Assembly (NCBI GenBank): GCA_027024255.1
Contig: JALVSQ010000021.1
Span: 1-39,183, forward strand
DNA: 39,183 nt
Source: Candidatus Micrarchaeota archaeon
Lineage (GTDB): Archaea; Micrarchaeota; Micrarchaeia; Anstonellales; J096
Direction of reading: 5' to 3'
The stretch's first letter is position 1. Every line of letters starts with the position of its first letter. The position numbers and the translations under genes are program-made. Below the pieces are notes generated by a model. It ran no database searches and was not told the DNA's origin. It was given only the letters and a program-made list of their open reading frames with translations. Shown here in pieces: positions 19,244 to 28,483 of the stretch.

Positions 19244-20625
19244 TCAAGACTGTACTCCGTTTCTTTTCCTTTATCTTTCAGGTTTATGCCTGCTTCCTTC
19301 AATCTTTGCCTTATTTTATCTGCTAACTCATATCTTTTTTCTTTTCTCAACTCATTTCTTACATCTATTACTGCCCTTATTATCATGTCCTCTCTTGTTG
19401 AAATTTCCTTTGTTTCAACCCTTATGCCAAATATGAATTGAAACTCGTTTATGAGAAGTTTGGCAATCTGTAAAGCAGCCCTATCCAGGTTTTCCTGATT
19501 TCTAAACAGCTCATTTATAGATGAGAAAAGGAATGAGAGTGCCTTTGGAGTATCGAAATCGTTTTCAAGAGCTTCAAAGAATTTCTTTCTGTTTTCAGCA
19601 ATTGATTTTCTTAATTTTGGGTTTATGTTTGGATTTTCCTCGTTGTTTTTTATGAAGACCATTGCTTCCTTTATCCTTTTAAGAGAGTTTTTGGCCTGTT
19701 CAACTGCTCTACTTGAGAAATCAACAGGTGAGTTGTACTTTGTTGAAACAAAAAATAACCTCAGAGCCATCGGGTCATACTGGCTTAACGCATCTTTAAG
19801 TGTTATGAAGTTGCCCAAACTCTTGCTCATCTTTACCCCGTTTACAGTCAGGAATCCTGTATGAATCCATAAATCGACGAACTTTCTGCCTGTTGCTGCT
19901 TCGCTTTGAGCAATTTCGTTTTCATGGTGAGGGAATATTAAGTCTCTTGCCCCTCCATGAATGTCAATTGTGTTGCCTCCTGTATATTTTAAAGACATTG
20001 CTGAACATTCAATATGCCATCCAGGCCTTCCATAACCAAATGGACTTTCCCAGCCTACTGGCTCTTCTCCTTTCTTTGTTTTCTTCCATAAAGCAAAGTC
20101 TATTGGGCTTTTTTTGGTTTTATCAGGTTCAATTCTATGTTTTTTCTTTATTTCCTCAATTTTTTGACCTGAAAGCTTGCCATAGTCTTTAAACCTTTCA
20201 ACATTAAAATAAATGCCAGTTGGAGTTTCATACGCATAGCCATTCTCAATTATTTTATTAATCAGGTTTATGATATCGTTGATATGCTCAGAGACCCTTG
20301 GATAAACATCTGCTCTTAATATATTCAATTTATCAAACAATTCAAGGGCTTCATTATGAAATTTTGTTGCCAGCTCAATAGGATTTTCCCCTGTTTCCTT
20401 AGCCCTTTTCAATATCTTATCATCCACATCAGTTATGTTTTGAATATGGAATATGTTATAGCCTTTGTACATTAAATATCTTTTTAATACATCAAAGGCA
20501 ACATATGTTCTTGCATGGCCTAAATGTGCATGGTCATAAGGCGTTAGCCCACACACATACATGTAAATGGTTTCCTTCTTTGGAAGTTCCTTTTCCTTTT
20601 TTGTTAATGAATCGTATATGAACAT
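19240..20625 (-). CDS. cysS: Cysteine--tRNA ligase
   Basis: MYVCGLTPYD, HLGH, DFALWK, GRPGWHIECS, FPHHENEIAQ, KMSKS. Confidence 0.98.
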   Translation of the reverse strand: MFIYDSLTKKEKELPKKETIYMYVCGLTPYDHAHLGHARTYVAFDVLKRYLMYKGYNIFHIQNITDVDDKILKRAKETGENPIELATKFHNEALELFDKLNILRADVYPRVSEHINDIINLINKIIENGYAYETPTGIYFNVERFKDYGKLSGQKIEEIKKKHRIEPDKTKKSPIDFALWKKTKKGEEPVGWESPFGYGRPGWHIECSAMSLKYTGGNTIDIHGGARDLIFPHHENEIAQSEAATGRKFVDLWIHTGFLTVNGVKMSKSLGNFITLKDALSQYDPMALRLFFVSTKYNSPVDFSSRAVEQAKNSLKRIKEAMVFIKNNEENPNINPKLRKSIAENRKKFFEALENDFDTPKALSFLFSSINELFRNQENLDRAALQIAKLLINEFQFIFGIRVETKEISTREDMIIRAVIDVRNELRKEKRYELADKIRQRLKEAGINLKDKGKETEYSLD

Positions 20626-20710
20626 AAACAACAAATTGGAAGAAATGATTTTAAATCAATTTGATTGGAGCCTCCTGTTATCTTACTGTTCTCAAATCTC
20701 CGAGGAAAAG

Positions 20711-20728
20711 CGGGCCCGGAGGGATTTG
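20711..20728 (-). repeat. 18-bp duplicate of tRNA-Arg 3' end (att-like)
   Basis: CGGGCCCGGAGGGATTTG at 20711-20728 is identical to 20813-20830. Confidence 0.9.
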
Positions 20729-20753
20729 CCCCTCTTCTCGGGTTCAAATCTTT

Positions 20754-20770
20754 CCATTGCTTCGCAATGG
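20754..20770. other. Perfect hairpin downstream of tRNA-Arg
   Basis: CCATTGC-TTC-GCAATGG. Confidence 0.6.
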
Positions 20771-20812
20771 AGCCTACTATTTTTAGGAGAATACTAATAC
20801 CCAATAATTACA

Positions 20813-20887
20813 CGGGCCCGGAGGGATTTGAACCCTCGACCTTCGGCTTAGAAGGCCGCCGCTCTATCCAGGCTGAGCTACGGGCCC
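20813..20887 (-). tRNA. tRNA-Arg(TCT), no intron, CCA not encoded
   Basis: Reverse complement: GGGCCCG acceptor, CT-TCT-AA anticodon loop, GAGGGTTCAAATCCCTC T arm. Confidence 0.96.
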
Positions 20888-20967
20888 TACTTTCAAACTA
20901 TCTCTTGGAGAATAATTAAAAATATTGCAGTTAGGTTTAAAAACACTTATTTTCACTAAATATCACC

Positions 20968-21915
20968 ATGGCATATAAAATAAAGGTTAATATTGCAAAT
21001 TTGTTTTTAGGCAATGAAAGAATTATTAATTTAGGTCATAAAGTACTGGCTCAAACCCGGCTTTCAAATAAGGAAAAATTTCTGAAGGAAGTTATAAGAG
21101 CACTTGATAAAATTGCAGAGAGAGAAGGCAGGGAAGCAACCCAAAGAGCTTATGTGGAGATTCTTCAACTACTTGAGCTTCCTGTTGAGTATATAGAGAG
21201 ATTCAATAAGGTGACAAGCACAATCACTTCGCTTGAAGGACTCAATAAAGCCCTGAGGATAGCTGTTGGAGATGTTGAAAAGCGTTATGGAGAAAAAGAG
21301 ATGAGAAATTTATTCAAAGAAGAGGACTGGACAGTTGTTATGAGAGAAATCTCTATATTAAGAGCAGGCACAGATGAAGGCTTGTTTAATTCAGCTATTT
21401 ACCACATTAAAGAAATATTGAAGGGTAATGAAAAAGATTGGAATTCTTTGATATGGAGAAAAATTGTATCAAATGTGTTGAGCGATTATGAGATAACAAA
21501 GTACAGAGTTGAGGTTCTGGATTTACTCAGGAAGATAAAAACCCAGAGATTGAGGACTTCTGATTTAGACACATTTATTTCATTTATCGATGTGGTTGGG
21601 GATGTAGAGGATAAAATTAAATTCCTTGGTTTGACAATATCTATCCTTTCTTATATCAGGGATCCCACATATGAAAATTATGTTTTGTTGGTCTTGCCTT
21701 CGCTTTACTTAACGAGAAAGGCAGCAGAAGTAAAAGAAGAGGATTTCTTTTACTCTTTGAACAAAATCATTGATGAGTTGAATAAGGCATACAATGAAAG
21801 AATCAAGAAAGGGAAAAAGCTTAAAGACAAAGAGGTTCTTGAGATAATAAATAAAGTTTCCCAAGAAAAAGTTAAATCTCCAAACTCAACCATGATATTG
21901 CCGACAGTTAAATGA
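20968..21915 (+). CDS. Hypothetical helical protein
   Basis: 315 aa ORF, TTTAAAAA box upstream; no recognised motif. Confidence 0.75.
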   Translation: MAYKIKVNIANLFLGNERIINLGHKVLAQTRLSNKEKFLKEVIRALDKIAEREGREATQRAYVEILQLLELPVEYIERFNKVTSTITSLEGLNKALRIAVGDVEKRYGEKEMRNLFKEEDWTVVMREISILRAGTDEGLFNSAIYHIKEILKGNEKDWNSLIWRKIVSNVLSDYEITKYRVEVLDLLRKIKTQRLRTSDLDTFISFIDVVGDVEDKIKFLGLTISILSYIRDPTYENYVLLVLPSLYLTRKAAEVKEEDFFYSLNKIIDELNKAYNERIKKGKKLKDKEVLEIINKVSQEKVKSPNSTMILPTVK

Positions 21916-23089
21916 ACTCTTTATCCATCTCTTTTTGCTCGCCTGATTCCATGTCTCTTAAAGTAACAACATTCTTTTCCCTTTCTTTATCCCCTACAAT
22001 AATCACTTTTTTGAATCCCATATTTGATGCGTATTCAAGCTGCTTACTCAAACTTCTTTTTGAATAGTTCATATCAACTCTGTAACCTTTTTTTCTCAGT
22101 GCCTGGGCTACTTCAAAGGCATAATCAAAGTTATCCCCTATGAAGGCTATATAAAAATCAATTGCCTGCTTCCTCTCTGCTTTTTTTGATAAGAGGTAGT
22201 AAAGCCTCTCAAACCCCAGGCTTATGCCAACAGCATAATCTCCCTGACCATATATGCTTAGCAACTCATCATATCTTCCACCACCTGCGACACTCCCTAT
22301 TTTGTCACTTAGCTTCACTTCAAAAATAGGACCTGTGTAATAATCAAGGCCCCTGACAAGTGTTAAATCAACTCTTCCGCCGAAGCGAGAGGTTATAAAG
22401 GCTAATGCTTCATAAGCCTCATCACTATACTCCCTAATAAACTTCAGAGGGTCTTTTGCATTACTCAACTCATCAATAATTTTCTCAGCGTTATTGTACC
22501 TCTCCTTCAAAAGTTTAACAACACCTTCTTTGCCTATTTTATCTATTTTGTCAATTGTTCTGAAGAAGAAGGGTTCTTTTACATTCATAGCCTCAGCGTA
22601 GGCAAATAAAAATCTTCTATCGTTTATAAGGAAGTTTTCCTTCCTTACATCAAACCCGAGTTTTGTTAATGCTTCTTTAGCCATGTAAAGAAGTTCAACT
22701 TCTGCTGTTGGCTCCTTAACACCTATGATATCTGCATCTGCCTGAATGAATTCCCTGTACCTGCCTTTCTGTGCTTCTTCATTTCTCCAGACCTTTGCTA
22801 TTGCGTATCTTTTGAACGGCTTTGGTAAATCCAGCTTGCCAGCAACATACCTTGCCAGAGGTACCGTTAAATCAAACCTTAAACCTATGTCTTCACCCTT
22901 TATTATGAATATCTGCTCCTTAATCTCCTCTCCGCTTTTTGCTGTTAGAACATCTAAAAACTCCATGGCAGGCGTATCAATGGGTAAAAAGCCATATCTC
23001 TCGTAAACTTCTTTTATTGTCTTTACCATACTCTCTCTTAAAACCGTTTCCTCCCTGCTGAAGTCTCTCATACCTGTTGGTGTTTTCAT
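21908..23089 (-). CDS. hisS: Histidine--tRNA ligase
   Basis: PTGMRDF, LRFDLTVPLAR, GRYREFIQ, LVRGLDYYTG, GGGRYD, GFER, anticodon-binding domain. Confidence 0.97.
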   Translation of the reverse strand: MKTPTGMRDFSREETVLRESMVKTIKEVYERYGFLPIDTPAMEFLDVLTAKSGEEIKEQIFIIKGEDIGLRFDLTVPLARYVAGKLDLPKPFKRYAIAKVWRNEEAQKGRYREFIQADADIIGVKEPTAEVELLYMAKEALTKLGFDVRKENFLINDRRFLFAYAEAMNVKEPFFFRTIDKIDKIGKEGVVKLLKERYNNAEKIIDELSNAKDPLKFIREYSDEAYEALAFITSRFGGRVDLTLVRGLDYYTGPIFEVKLSDKIGSVAGGGRYDELLSIYGQGDYAVGISLGFERLYYLLSKKAERKQAIDFYIAFIGDNFDYAFEVAQALRKKGYRVDMNYSKRSLSKQLEYASNMGFKKVIIVGDKEREKNVVTLRDMESGEQKEMDKEFI

Positions 23090-23128
23090 AGATTTATTGT
23101 TTATGGCCCACTTTATTAAGGTTTATGC

Positions 23129-23728
23129 TCAAAACTCAAAAATCTTCTTCTGGTTTTTTATTCTATCAAGAGTTTTCCACTTTTTTCTTAAATATGGTTT
23201 TATTTCTTCGTAATGCTTTTTAACAAACTCAACAGTCCTTTCATCAGAAGGGTAGCCACTTCCAAAAAATCCAACTTTTTTACTTATCTTCTCTATCTCT
23301 TTATCCCTTATTACCTTTGCGACTATACTTGCAGCAGAAACTATGCTGTACTTCTCATCTGCTTTGTGCTCTGCAACAACATCAACTCCGTGCTTTTTTC
23401 CCACTTCTTCTATCTTTGAAGGTGAGTGCTCAAACAAATCAATGAATATTTTCTTGGGTTTGATTATCTTTATCACTTTTTCAATAAGCTGCCTCTCAAT
23501 TGAATTTATATTTCTTTTATCTATTTCGGTGGGCATTACCTTCTCTACAAAAATAAAGTCGGCTTTTTCAACTATTCCTTTGAGCAGCTCCTCTCTTTTA
23601 TTTTTAGAGAATTTCTTTGAATCCTTTTTTATAAACGATAAAAGTCCGGGTTTTCTTGAAAAAACAAATGCAATAACAAGAGGCCCTATTAAGGAGCCTC
23701 TTCCTGCCTCATCTACTCCACATATCAT
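23129..23728 (-). CDS. rnhB: Ribonuclease HII
   Basis: GVDEAGRG, DSKK, HKAD, VSAASIVAKV, GSGYPSD. Confidence 0.97.
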   Translation of the reverse strand: MICGVDEAGRGSLIGPLVIAFVFSRKPGLLSFIKKDSKKFSKNKREELLKGIVEKADFIFVEKVMPTEIDKRNINSIERQLIEKVIKIIKPKKIFIDLFEHSPSKIEEVGKKHGVDVVAEHKADEKYSIVSAASIVAKVIRDKEIEKISKKVGFFGSGYPSDERTVEFVKKHYEEIKPYLRKKWKTLDRIKNQKKIFEF

Positions 23729-23982
23729 TCAAATAGGTGCCTCTTGTCAATTATTATATAATCCCCTATTGCAGTAACAGCAGAGAAGGGAATCAATACA
23801 TAATTTCCATCCTTCCTTAACTTATCCTCCATTTTGTTATCAGGATTCGCATCAACAATTAAATCAATAACATTTCCGTCAACTTCATTAACGCTTAAAT
23901 CAACAACCCTGCCAAAGTCTTCTCCTTCGTTTGTTATAACCTTTTTCCCGGAAATTTGCCTTGCAACAACATACTTGACCAT
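23725..23982 (-). CDS. PRC-barrel domain protein (CdpB-like)
   Basis: GKKVITNEG..FGRVVDL, IPFSAVTAIGDYIII. Confidence 0.88.
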   Translation of the reverse strand: MVKYVVARQISGKKVITNEGEDFGRVVDLSVNEVDGNVIDLIVDANPDNKMEDKLRKDGNYVLIPFSAVTAIGDYIIIDKRHLFE

Positions 23983-24048
23983 ACTTCCACCTACACTTAT
24001 TTTAATTGGAAGGTTTAAAAAGGTTTAACCTTCTTAATGATTCTGGAA

Positions 24049-24121
24049 AGCCCCGTCGTCTAGCGGCCAAGGATGCAGGGTTCTGGCCCCTGTGACCCAG
24101 GTTCAAATCCTGGCGGGGCTA
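24049..24121 (+). tRNA. tRNA-Gln(CTG), A1-U72, CCA not encoded
   Basis: AGCCCCG/CGGGGCT acceptor, CAGGG-TTCTGGC-CCCTG anticodon arm, GGTTCAAATCC. Confidence 0.96.
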
Positions 24122-24188
24122 CTATAAACCGGTGATACGAAGACAGTAAGAAAGCAGAAAAGTGATATTACTCAAAGGAAGTGGGAAG

Positions 24189-24734
24189 ATGGTTGATTTA
24201 AAATCTCTTGAAAAAAGGGTTAAAGAAAACATAAGGAATATACCTGATTTTCCCAAGAAGGGCATTCAGTTCAAAGACCTGATGCCCTTGCTTAAAAAAC
24301 CGTTTTTAATGAATGAAATCATGCTGAGCTTTAGAGAGCATTTTTCAAAAAATGTTGATGGCATAGCAGGAGCAGAAGCAAGGGGTTTTATATTCGGAAG
24401 CATACTTGCTTATGAGATGGGTGTGCCCTTCATCGCTTTAAGAAAAAAAGGAAAGCTTCCTTTCAAAACACTTAGAGAGGAATTTGAATTGGAATACGGA
24501 AAAGATGTGTTTGAAATGCATATTGATGCTTTAAACAAAGGAGATAACATACTCATATTTGATGATGTAATAGCAACAGGAGGGACAGCACAAGCAGCAG
24601 CAAACCTCATAAAAAAGGCAGGCGGTAACATAAGAGGTTTTGCATTCATAGTTGAGCTTGATTACTTAAAAGGCAGGGAGAAGATTGAACCCCTTGCAGA
24701 TGATATATTCTCAATAGTGCATTATGAAAGGTGA
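24189..24734 (+). CDS. apt: Adenine phosphoribosyltransferase
   Basis: IPDFPKKGIQFKD, EARGFIFG, RKKGKLP, LEYG, DDVIATGGT. Start ATG 24189 (track uses GTG 24162). Confidence 0.95.
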   Translation: MVDLKSLEKRVKENIRNIPDFPKKGIQFKDLMPLLKKPFLMNEIMLSFREHFSKNVDGIAGAEARGFIFGSILAYEMGVPFIALRKKGKLPFKTLREEFELEYGKDVFEMHIDALNKGDNILIFDDVIATGGTAQAAANLIKKAGGNIRGFAFIVELDYLKGREKIEPLADDIFSIVHYER

Positions 24735-25594
24735 AAAACATGATAGGCATCATAGGTGGAAGCGGGATTTACGAAGGCCTTATTGAAGAAGGGAATGAGA
24801 TAGATATTGTAACACCTTTTGGAAAAACAAGTGATAATATTGTTTTAGGCAAAGTCAGTGGTGTGGATATTGCCTTTATTCCAAGGCATGGGAAAAAACA
24901 TGTCTTTCCCCCTCATAAAGTGCCTTACAAAGCCAATATATGGGCACTCAAAAGCTTAGGTGTAAAAGCAATCATAGCAGTATCTGCTGTTGGTTCTTTA
25001 AAAGAAGAGTTAAAGCCGGGTGATTTCGGCATCGTAAAGCAGTACATTGATTTTACGAAGCTGAGGGAAAGAACATTCTTTGATGGAAAAGGATTTGTTT
25101 TGCCCGAAAAATGGAGAAAGGAGATTGAAGAAAGGTTTTCTCCAGAATTTGCCGATGAACTTGCAAATAAGGTTGTGCATGTATCAATGGCTGAACCTTA
25201 TTCAAATGAGATGAACGAAATTATTTACAGAAAAGGTATTGAACTCCTCAAAGACAGAACAATCCATAAAGACTTAACATACATAACCATTGAAGGGCCT
25301 CAATTCAGCACAAAGGCAGAAAGCAGTATTTTCAGGCAATGGGCCGATGTTATAGGCATGACTGGAAATCCTGAGGTGCAGCTTGCAAGGGAAATGGAGA
25401 TGTGCTTTTCAAACATCGTTATGGTCACAGATTACGATTGCTGGAAGGAAGAGATAGTTAATGCAGAGGTTGTGAAGGAGCTTATGGCTTCAAGCATATC
25501 GGTTGTAAAAACATTGATAAAGGAAGTTGTGCCTGAAATAAGCAAACAATTAAATAAACTTAAATGCTATTCCTTAGATAACAGCGTTGTATGA
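24731..25594 (+). CDS. mtnP: 5'-methylthioadenosine/purine nucleoside phosphorylase
   Basis: IGIIGGSG, PRHG..H..PPH, EGPQFST.AES, VIGMT, VTDYDCW. Confidence 0.92.
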   Translation: MKNMIGIIGGSGIYEGLIEEGNEIDIVTPFGKTSDNIVLGKVSGVDIAFIPRHGKKHVFPPHKVPYKANIWALKSLGVKAIIAVSAVGSLKEELKPGDFGIVKQYIDFTKLRERTFFDGKGFVLPEKWRKEIEERFSPEFADELANKVVHVSMAEPYSNEMNEIIYRKGIELLKDRTIHKDLTYITIEGPQFSTKAESSIFRQWADVIGMTGNPEVQLAREMEMCFSNIVMVTDYDCWKEEIVNAEVVKELMASSISVVKTLIKEVVPEISKQLNKLKCYSLDNSVV

Positions 25595-25647
25595 TGAATG
25601 GCGAGAACTCTGAAAAATGATGAGGAATTTAAGTACTGAGTGAGAAT

Positions 25648-26730
25648 ATGGGCATTCTTGAGAAGATAAAAGAGATAGAGGAGGAGATAAGAAAAACGCA
25701 GTACAACAAAGCCACAGAAAAACATATAGGCATACTAAAAGCAAAGCTGGCAAAGTTGAGAAGAGCTTTGCTTTCATCGAAAAAAGGAGGAGGCCATGGC
25801 TTTAGCATTTCTAAATCAGGTGATGCCACAGTTGCCTTAATCGGCTTTCCTTCTGTTGGAAAATCAACACTATTGGCAAAGCTTACAAATGCCGAAACAA
25901 AGGCAGCAGGCTATGCTTTCACAACATTATCAGTTGTTCCGGGCATGTTGCTGTACAAGAAGGCAAGAATACAGATACTTGATTTACCAGGCATTATAGA
26001 AGGAGCAGCGTACGGTAAAGGAAGGGGTAAAGAGGTTATAAGTGTGGCAAGGAATGCGGATTTGCTTTTAATCCTGCTTGAGCCTTTTAATGCAGAGAAG
26101 CACTTTAAAGCGATAATGAAGGAATTAAAGGCAATGGCCATAAGGCACGGAAAAAGGCCTGAAATATATGTAGAAAGAAAGCATAAAGGAGGCATTGCTT
26201 TATTCTACTCAAAACATTTGAGTGTTGATGAGGAGTTGGTTAAATCGATATTGAATGAGTATGGTATTCACAATGCCAATGTTATAATAAGAGAGGAGGT
26301 AACGCCTGAAAAACTCATAGATGTCCTTGAAAATAACAGGGTTTACATTCCTTACATTGTTGCTATAAACAAAATAGATATGTGTGATGAAGAATTGCTT
26401 AACAAGCTCAGGTTAAAGTTTAAAGATGTCGTATTCATTTCAGCAGAAAAGGGCATTGGCATTGAAGAATTGAAGGAAGCAATATTCAATTCCCTGAATT
26501 TTATAAGGGTTTATACAAAGCCTCTTGGCGGAGAACCTGATCTGGATGAGCCGATGATGTTGAGGAGAGGAGCAACGATAAGAGAGGTTTGCTTAAAACT
26601 CCACAGGGATTTGCTCAAAAACTTCAAATATGCTCTCGTATGGGGGAAAAGCGCTAAATTTCCCGGGCAGAGGGTAGGGCTTGACCATAAACTTGAAGAT
26701 GAGGATATAGTTACCATTGTATCAAGATAA
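25648..26730 (+). CDS. DRG/OBG-family GTPase with TGS domain
   Basis: TQYNKATEKHIG, GFPSVGKST, YAFTT, DLPGIIEGA, NKID, VWGKSAKFPGQRVG. Confidence 0.96.
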   Translation: MGILEKIKEIEEEIRKTQYNKATEKHIGILKAKLAKLRRALLSSKKGGGHGFSISKSGDATVALIGFPSVGKSTLLAKLTNAETKAAGYAFTTLSVVPGMLLYKKARIQILDLPGIIEGAAYGKGRGKEVISVARNADLLLILLEPFNAEKHFKAIMKELKAMAIRHGKRPEIYVERKHKGGIALFYSKHLSVDEELVKSILNEYGIHNANVIIREEVTPEKLIDVLENNRVYIPYIVAINKIDMCDEELLNKLRLKFKDVVFISAEKGIGIEELKEAIFNSLNFIRVYTKPLGGEPDLDEPMMLRRGATIREVCLKLHRDLLKNFKYALVWGKSAKFPGQRVGLDHKLEDEDIVTIVSR

Positions 26731-26782
26731 CAATTTTCACCTCTTTCACAAATTTCACCTTTGCAATTTTCACCTGTTTCAC
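26727..26782 (+). repeat. 56-bp direct repeat, left copy (five TTTCAC units)
   Basis: 53/56 identical to 27938-27993; starts at the DRG stop codon. Confidence 0.95.
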
Positions 26783-26819
26783 CCAAAAGTTTTTAAAATC
26801 TGGGTTTCAAATACCAAGC

Positions 26820-27941
26820 ATGAAAGAACTTAAAGAGTATGTTAAAGCCCTTGAAGATAGACCACTAACATTTGAAGATGAGGATTTATTTGTAGATAGA
26901 GAAATAGAGCTAAAAAAGATGGCAGAGCTTGATTATTACTTTGAAGGAAAGATAATAGGTGTGTGCGGCCAGAGGGGCATAGGAAAAACAACTCTCTTCA
27001 ACTTTTCAAGGTTCCCTGGAAAAAATAAACTTATAATAAAAATTATAGACAGGGAAAATAAACTCTCCATCATATCCAACATAATTGGTGAGATAATTAC
27101 ATATTCAAAAACAAAGGGCTATAATGAGATTGAAAAAATGGGTAAGAAACTCTTCACAAAAATTCATGTATCAAAAAAAGAGGCTGTGGGCATATCCTAT
27201 ATAATTGAATATAAGCAAACAAAGGAGGAAAAAATATCACTCTTTAACTTCTTGAAGTCGTTTAAGAAATTCATGGATTTGTTGAGTAAAAAGGAAAGGC
27301 TCGTGATAGTACTTGATGAAATAGATAAGCAGAAGGTGGATGAGATTCTCCTTCTTGTGGATGCTATAAAAGATGCATTTGTATCAAACTCCATCACTCT
27401 GTTTGTTGCCTTGCCTTATGAATTTTACGAAAACTTTATATCATCAAAGACGAGTTCAACAGAAACTCACAACCTTGAGAATGTATTCAGTTATATGTTC
27501 CTTCTGGAACCTTTTTCAGATGACGATGTGAAGAGAATAATCTCAAGAAGATTTCCTTTAAGTCTTATTGAGGAAGAGGCATTGAATAAGATTGTTGAGT
27601 TTGCTGATGGAAATCCAAGAAAGGCAATAACAACGCTTAAAGAGGCAGGCATAATTGCAGAGGGAAAGATAAGGCTAAGTGATGTAAAAGGAGTTATATC
27701 AAGGTACATAAGAACTTGGATAAAATCAACTAAGTTAACTCAAAATGAACTGAATGTTTTCAGATTAATTGAAGATGGTAGAGTTGCAGATATAACTCAA
27801 GGAGTATCTAAAAAACTCAGAAAATCAAGGTCTGTGGTATACAAGTACTTAAAGAAGTTTGAGGAAGCAGGGCTTTTAAATCTGGAAGGTAAAAATGCTG
27901 AGCTGAGCAGGATGGGCAGGCTTGTAAAGGAAGTGATATAA
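26820..27941 (+). CDS. Archaeal AAA+/STAND-like ATPase with C-terminal winged HTH
   Basis: FVDREIEL, GQRGIGKTT, IVLDEIDK, GNPRKAI, C-terminal KSRSVVYKYLKKFEEAGLL. Confidence 0.85.
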   Translation: MKELKEYVKALEDRPLTFEDEDLFVDREIELKKMAELDYYFEGKIIGVCGQRGIGKTTLFNFSRFPGKNKLIIKIIDRENKLSIISNIIGEIITYSKTKGYNEIEKMGKKLFTKIHVSKKEAVGISYIIEYKQTKEEKISLFNFLKSFKKFMDLLSKKERLVIVLDEIDKQKVDEILLLVDAIKDAFVSNSITLFVALPYEFYENFISSKTSSTETHNLENVFSYMFLLEPFSDDDVKRIISRRFPLSLIEEEALNKIVEFADGNPRKAITTLKEAGIIAEGKIRLSDVKGVISRYIRTWIKSTKLTQNELNVFRLIEDGRVADITQGVSKKLRKSRSVVYKYLKKFEEAGLLNLEGKNAELSRMGRLVKEVI

Positions 27942-27993
27942 CAGTTTTCACCTCTTTCACAAATTTCACCTTTACAATTTTCACCTCTTTCAC
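27938..27993 (+). repeat. 56-bp direct repeat, right copy
   Basis: ATAACAGTTTTCACCTCTTTCACAAATTTCACCTTTACAATTTTCACCTCTTTCAC; starts at the ATPase stop codon. Confidence 0.95.
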
Positions 27994-28331
27994 TTCCTTA
28001 TATGTATTTCAATGCCTTCAACAACGCCCTTTATCAACTTTTTCCTTGCGTTCTTTACGAGCCTTGCTATTGTTGATTTTGAAATATTCATCTTCTTTCC
28101 TGCATTAGCATAGGTCATTCCGAGCATATCAACGAGCCTCATTGCTTCAACCTCGTCAGCGCTTATCTCAACAACACCTTCATTGCACACAGGTTCAGGA
28201 ATAAATCTTTCTATGAGCATCTTTAACGATATTTTCCTTGGCTTGGGCTTTCTACCTACTTTACAGACTCTTTCAGTCCACCACATAATTTGATTGGATA
28301 TAATGAGAATAAAAATGTTTAAGTTATACAC
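27990..28331 (-). CDS. DUF134/UPF0251 HTH protein
   Basis: GRKPKPRKI, FIP, DEVEAMRLVD, AGKKMNISKST, ARKKL. True start is probably downstream of 28331. Confidence 0.88.
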   Translation of the reverse strand: MYNLNIFILIISNQIMWWTERVCKVGRKPKPRKISLKMLIERFIPEPVCNEGVVEISADEVEAMRLVDMLGMTYANAGKKMNISKSTIARLVKNARKKLIKGVVEGIEIHIRK

Positions 28332-28366
28332 ACATTTTTAAACTTTTCCCGGAACAACATTCACTT

Positions 28367-28483
28367 ATGATAAAGAAAAAGGTTACATCCGAAGAGGGTG
28401 TAATCGTAGTTAAAGAGTACATATTGGGTGTTGAGATAAGTAAGAAGCATATATACAAGCCTAAATCTTCAGGTTCTGATTAA
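28367..28483 (+). CDS. Putative 38-aa small protein
   Basis: Hand translation MIKKKVTSEEGVIVVKEYILGVEISKKHIYKPKSSGSD*; TTTTTAAA box ~25 bp upstream; below ORF track cutoff. Confidence 0.45.
   Translation: MIKKKVTSEEGVIVVKEYILGVEISKKHIYKPKSSGSD

Noticed and set aside
20567-20919. Short ORFs around tRNA-Arg
   Set aside because: They overlap the tRNA, its duplicate and the cysS start; no coding features.
20968-21915. Integrase next to tRNA-Arg
   Set aside because: No tyrosine-recombinase R-H-R-Y pattern recognised, and it lies on the 5' side of the tRNA, outside the duplicated segment.
26727-27993. Canonical replication origin with orc1/cdc6
   Set aside because: Repeats lack the ORB G-string consensus, there is no long unwinding element and the protein lacks recognisable Orc1 motifs; kept only as an analogy.
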